Source of the DNA: Eubacteriales bacterium
Lineage (GTDB): Bacteria; Bacillota; Clostridia; Oscillospirales; CAG-272
Reading direction: 5' to 3'
DNA: 64,000 nt
Assembly (NCBI GenBank): GCA_045594785.1
Contig: JAZNZE010000001.1
Span: 77,736-141,735, forward strand
Numbering within the stretch: position 1 is the stretch's first letter; every line of letters begins with the position of its first letter. Of the stretch, positions 63,281-64,000 are shown piece by piece. A program made the translations under genes and the position numbers. Below the pieces are notes generated by a model. That model was not told where the DNA came from. It saw only the letters and a program-made list of their open reading frames with translations, and did no database searches.

Positions 63281-64000
63281 ATGGGACTTTTAAACCTTTT
63301 ATTCGGAGATTACAGCGAAAGAGAAATAAAAAAAATTACTCCGATTGTAGATAAAATAGAATCGCTTGCCGATGCATTCAAGGCGCTCACCGATTCGGAA
63401 ATGCGCGCCTATACAGACAAGCTTAAAGCCGACCTTGCCGAAGGAAAAACGCTTGACGATATTCTTCCCGAGGCATTTGCGCTCGTGAGAGAAGCGGATA
63501 CCCGAGTTCTCGGGAAGCGCCCCTTCAGAGTTCAGCTTATGGGCGGTATTCTGCTCCATCAGGGCAGAATTGCCGAAATGAAAACCGGTGAAGGAAAAAC
63601 CCTTGTGGCTACTCTTCCCGCTTATCTTAACGCGCTTACGGGAAAGGGCGTTCACATAGTTACGGTAAACGATTACCTTGCAAGCCGTGACAGCGAGGAG
63701 ATGGGAAAGGTATATTCCTTCCTCGGTCTTACTACGGGACTTATAATTCACGGTCAGGAGCACGACGAGAAAAAGGCTCAGTATGCCTGCGACATCACCT
63801 ACGCAACCAACAACGAGCTTGGATTTGACTATCTGCGCGACAATATGGTGGTTTATAAAGAGGATATGGTTCAGAGAGGCCATAGCTTTGCCATAGTTGA
63901 CGAGGTTGACTCAATTCTTATAGACGAGGCGAGAACTCCTCTTATCATATCAGGCAGGGGCGAAAAGTCAACAGAGCTTTACGATATGGCAGACAGGTGC
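63281..64000 (+). CDS. secA: Preprotein translocase ATPase SecA (3'-truncated by the window edge)
   Basis: [18 protein letters not shown]..., [20 protein letters not shown] (Walker A) and [20 protein letters not shown] (DEAD-like) motifs. GGAGG RBS. It is missing from the track because no stop lies in the window. Confidence 0.95.
   Translation, partial: MGLLNLLFGDYSEREIKKITPIVDKIESLADAFKALTDSEMRAYTDKLKADLAEGKTLDDILPEAFALVREADTRVLGKRPFRVQLMGGILLHQGRIAEMKTGEGKTLVATLPAYLNALTGKGVHIVTVNDYLASRDSEEMGKVYSFLGLTTGLIIHGQEHDEKKAQYACDITYATNNELGFDYLRDNMVVYKEDMVQRGHSFAIVDEVDSILIDEARTPLIISGRGEKSTELYDMADRC

Overview
A 64-kb chromosomal segment from a spore-forming Firmicute, Clostridia-like on gene content (spo0A, pro-sigma-K, yqfC/yqfD, GTP-dependent PEPCK). 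It is densely packed with housekeeping genes.

Main gene groups:
- ylxM-ffh-rpsP-khpA.
- The yqfC-yqfD-phoH-ybeY-era-recO-mutS2 string.
- lepA-hemW.
- SRP RNA-dnaX-ybaB-recR.
- spo0A.
- A ung-xpt-nucleoside ABC salvage cluster.
- lepB-rbgA-rnhB-yraN.
- tig-clpP-clpX.
- The start of secA.

RNA genes: I identified two tRNAs (Thr-CGU, Leu-CAA) and a Bacillus-type long SRP RNA. The SRP RNA lies under spurious ORFs in the supplied track.

I saw no CRISPR array, prophage, intact IS element or recognisable defence island.

Observations most worth follow-up:
1. A translationally coupled pair of CobW/COG0523-type GTPases plus an AraC regulator. One GTPase carries five 60-bp in-frame tandem repeats encoding a His/Cys-rich cassette, and all differences between copies are synonymous. 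The other is fused to a DUF1980-like CC-motif domain.
2. A tightly linked ATP-grasp ligase (D-Asp-ligase-like) and a MurE paralog with DNPG in place of the DAP-specific DNPR motif.
3. An AT-richer two-gene block between rplS and lepB, encoding an HTH-fused GalK-like GHMP kinase and a sugar-phosphate nucleotidyltransferase.
4. A repeated intergenic element carrying a terminator hairpin. Two copies are identical over 67 bp and a third is diverged with a compensatory stem change. One copy sits at the end of a MITE-like unit of about 325 bp with terminal inverted repeats.
5. A GC-rich leader of about 210 nt, ending in an intrinsic terminator, upstream of a Ca2+ P-type ATPase. I could not assign it to any RNA family.
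6. A MazF toxin gene with no adjacent antitoxin ORF.

All functional calls come from reading the translations and motifs by eye. No database search was run. RNA, promoter and terminator boundaries are approximate.
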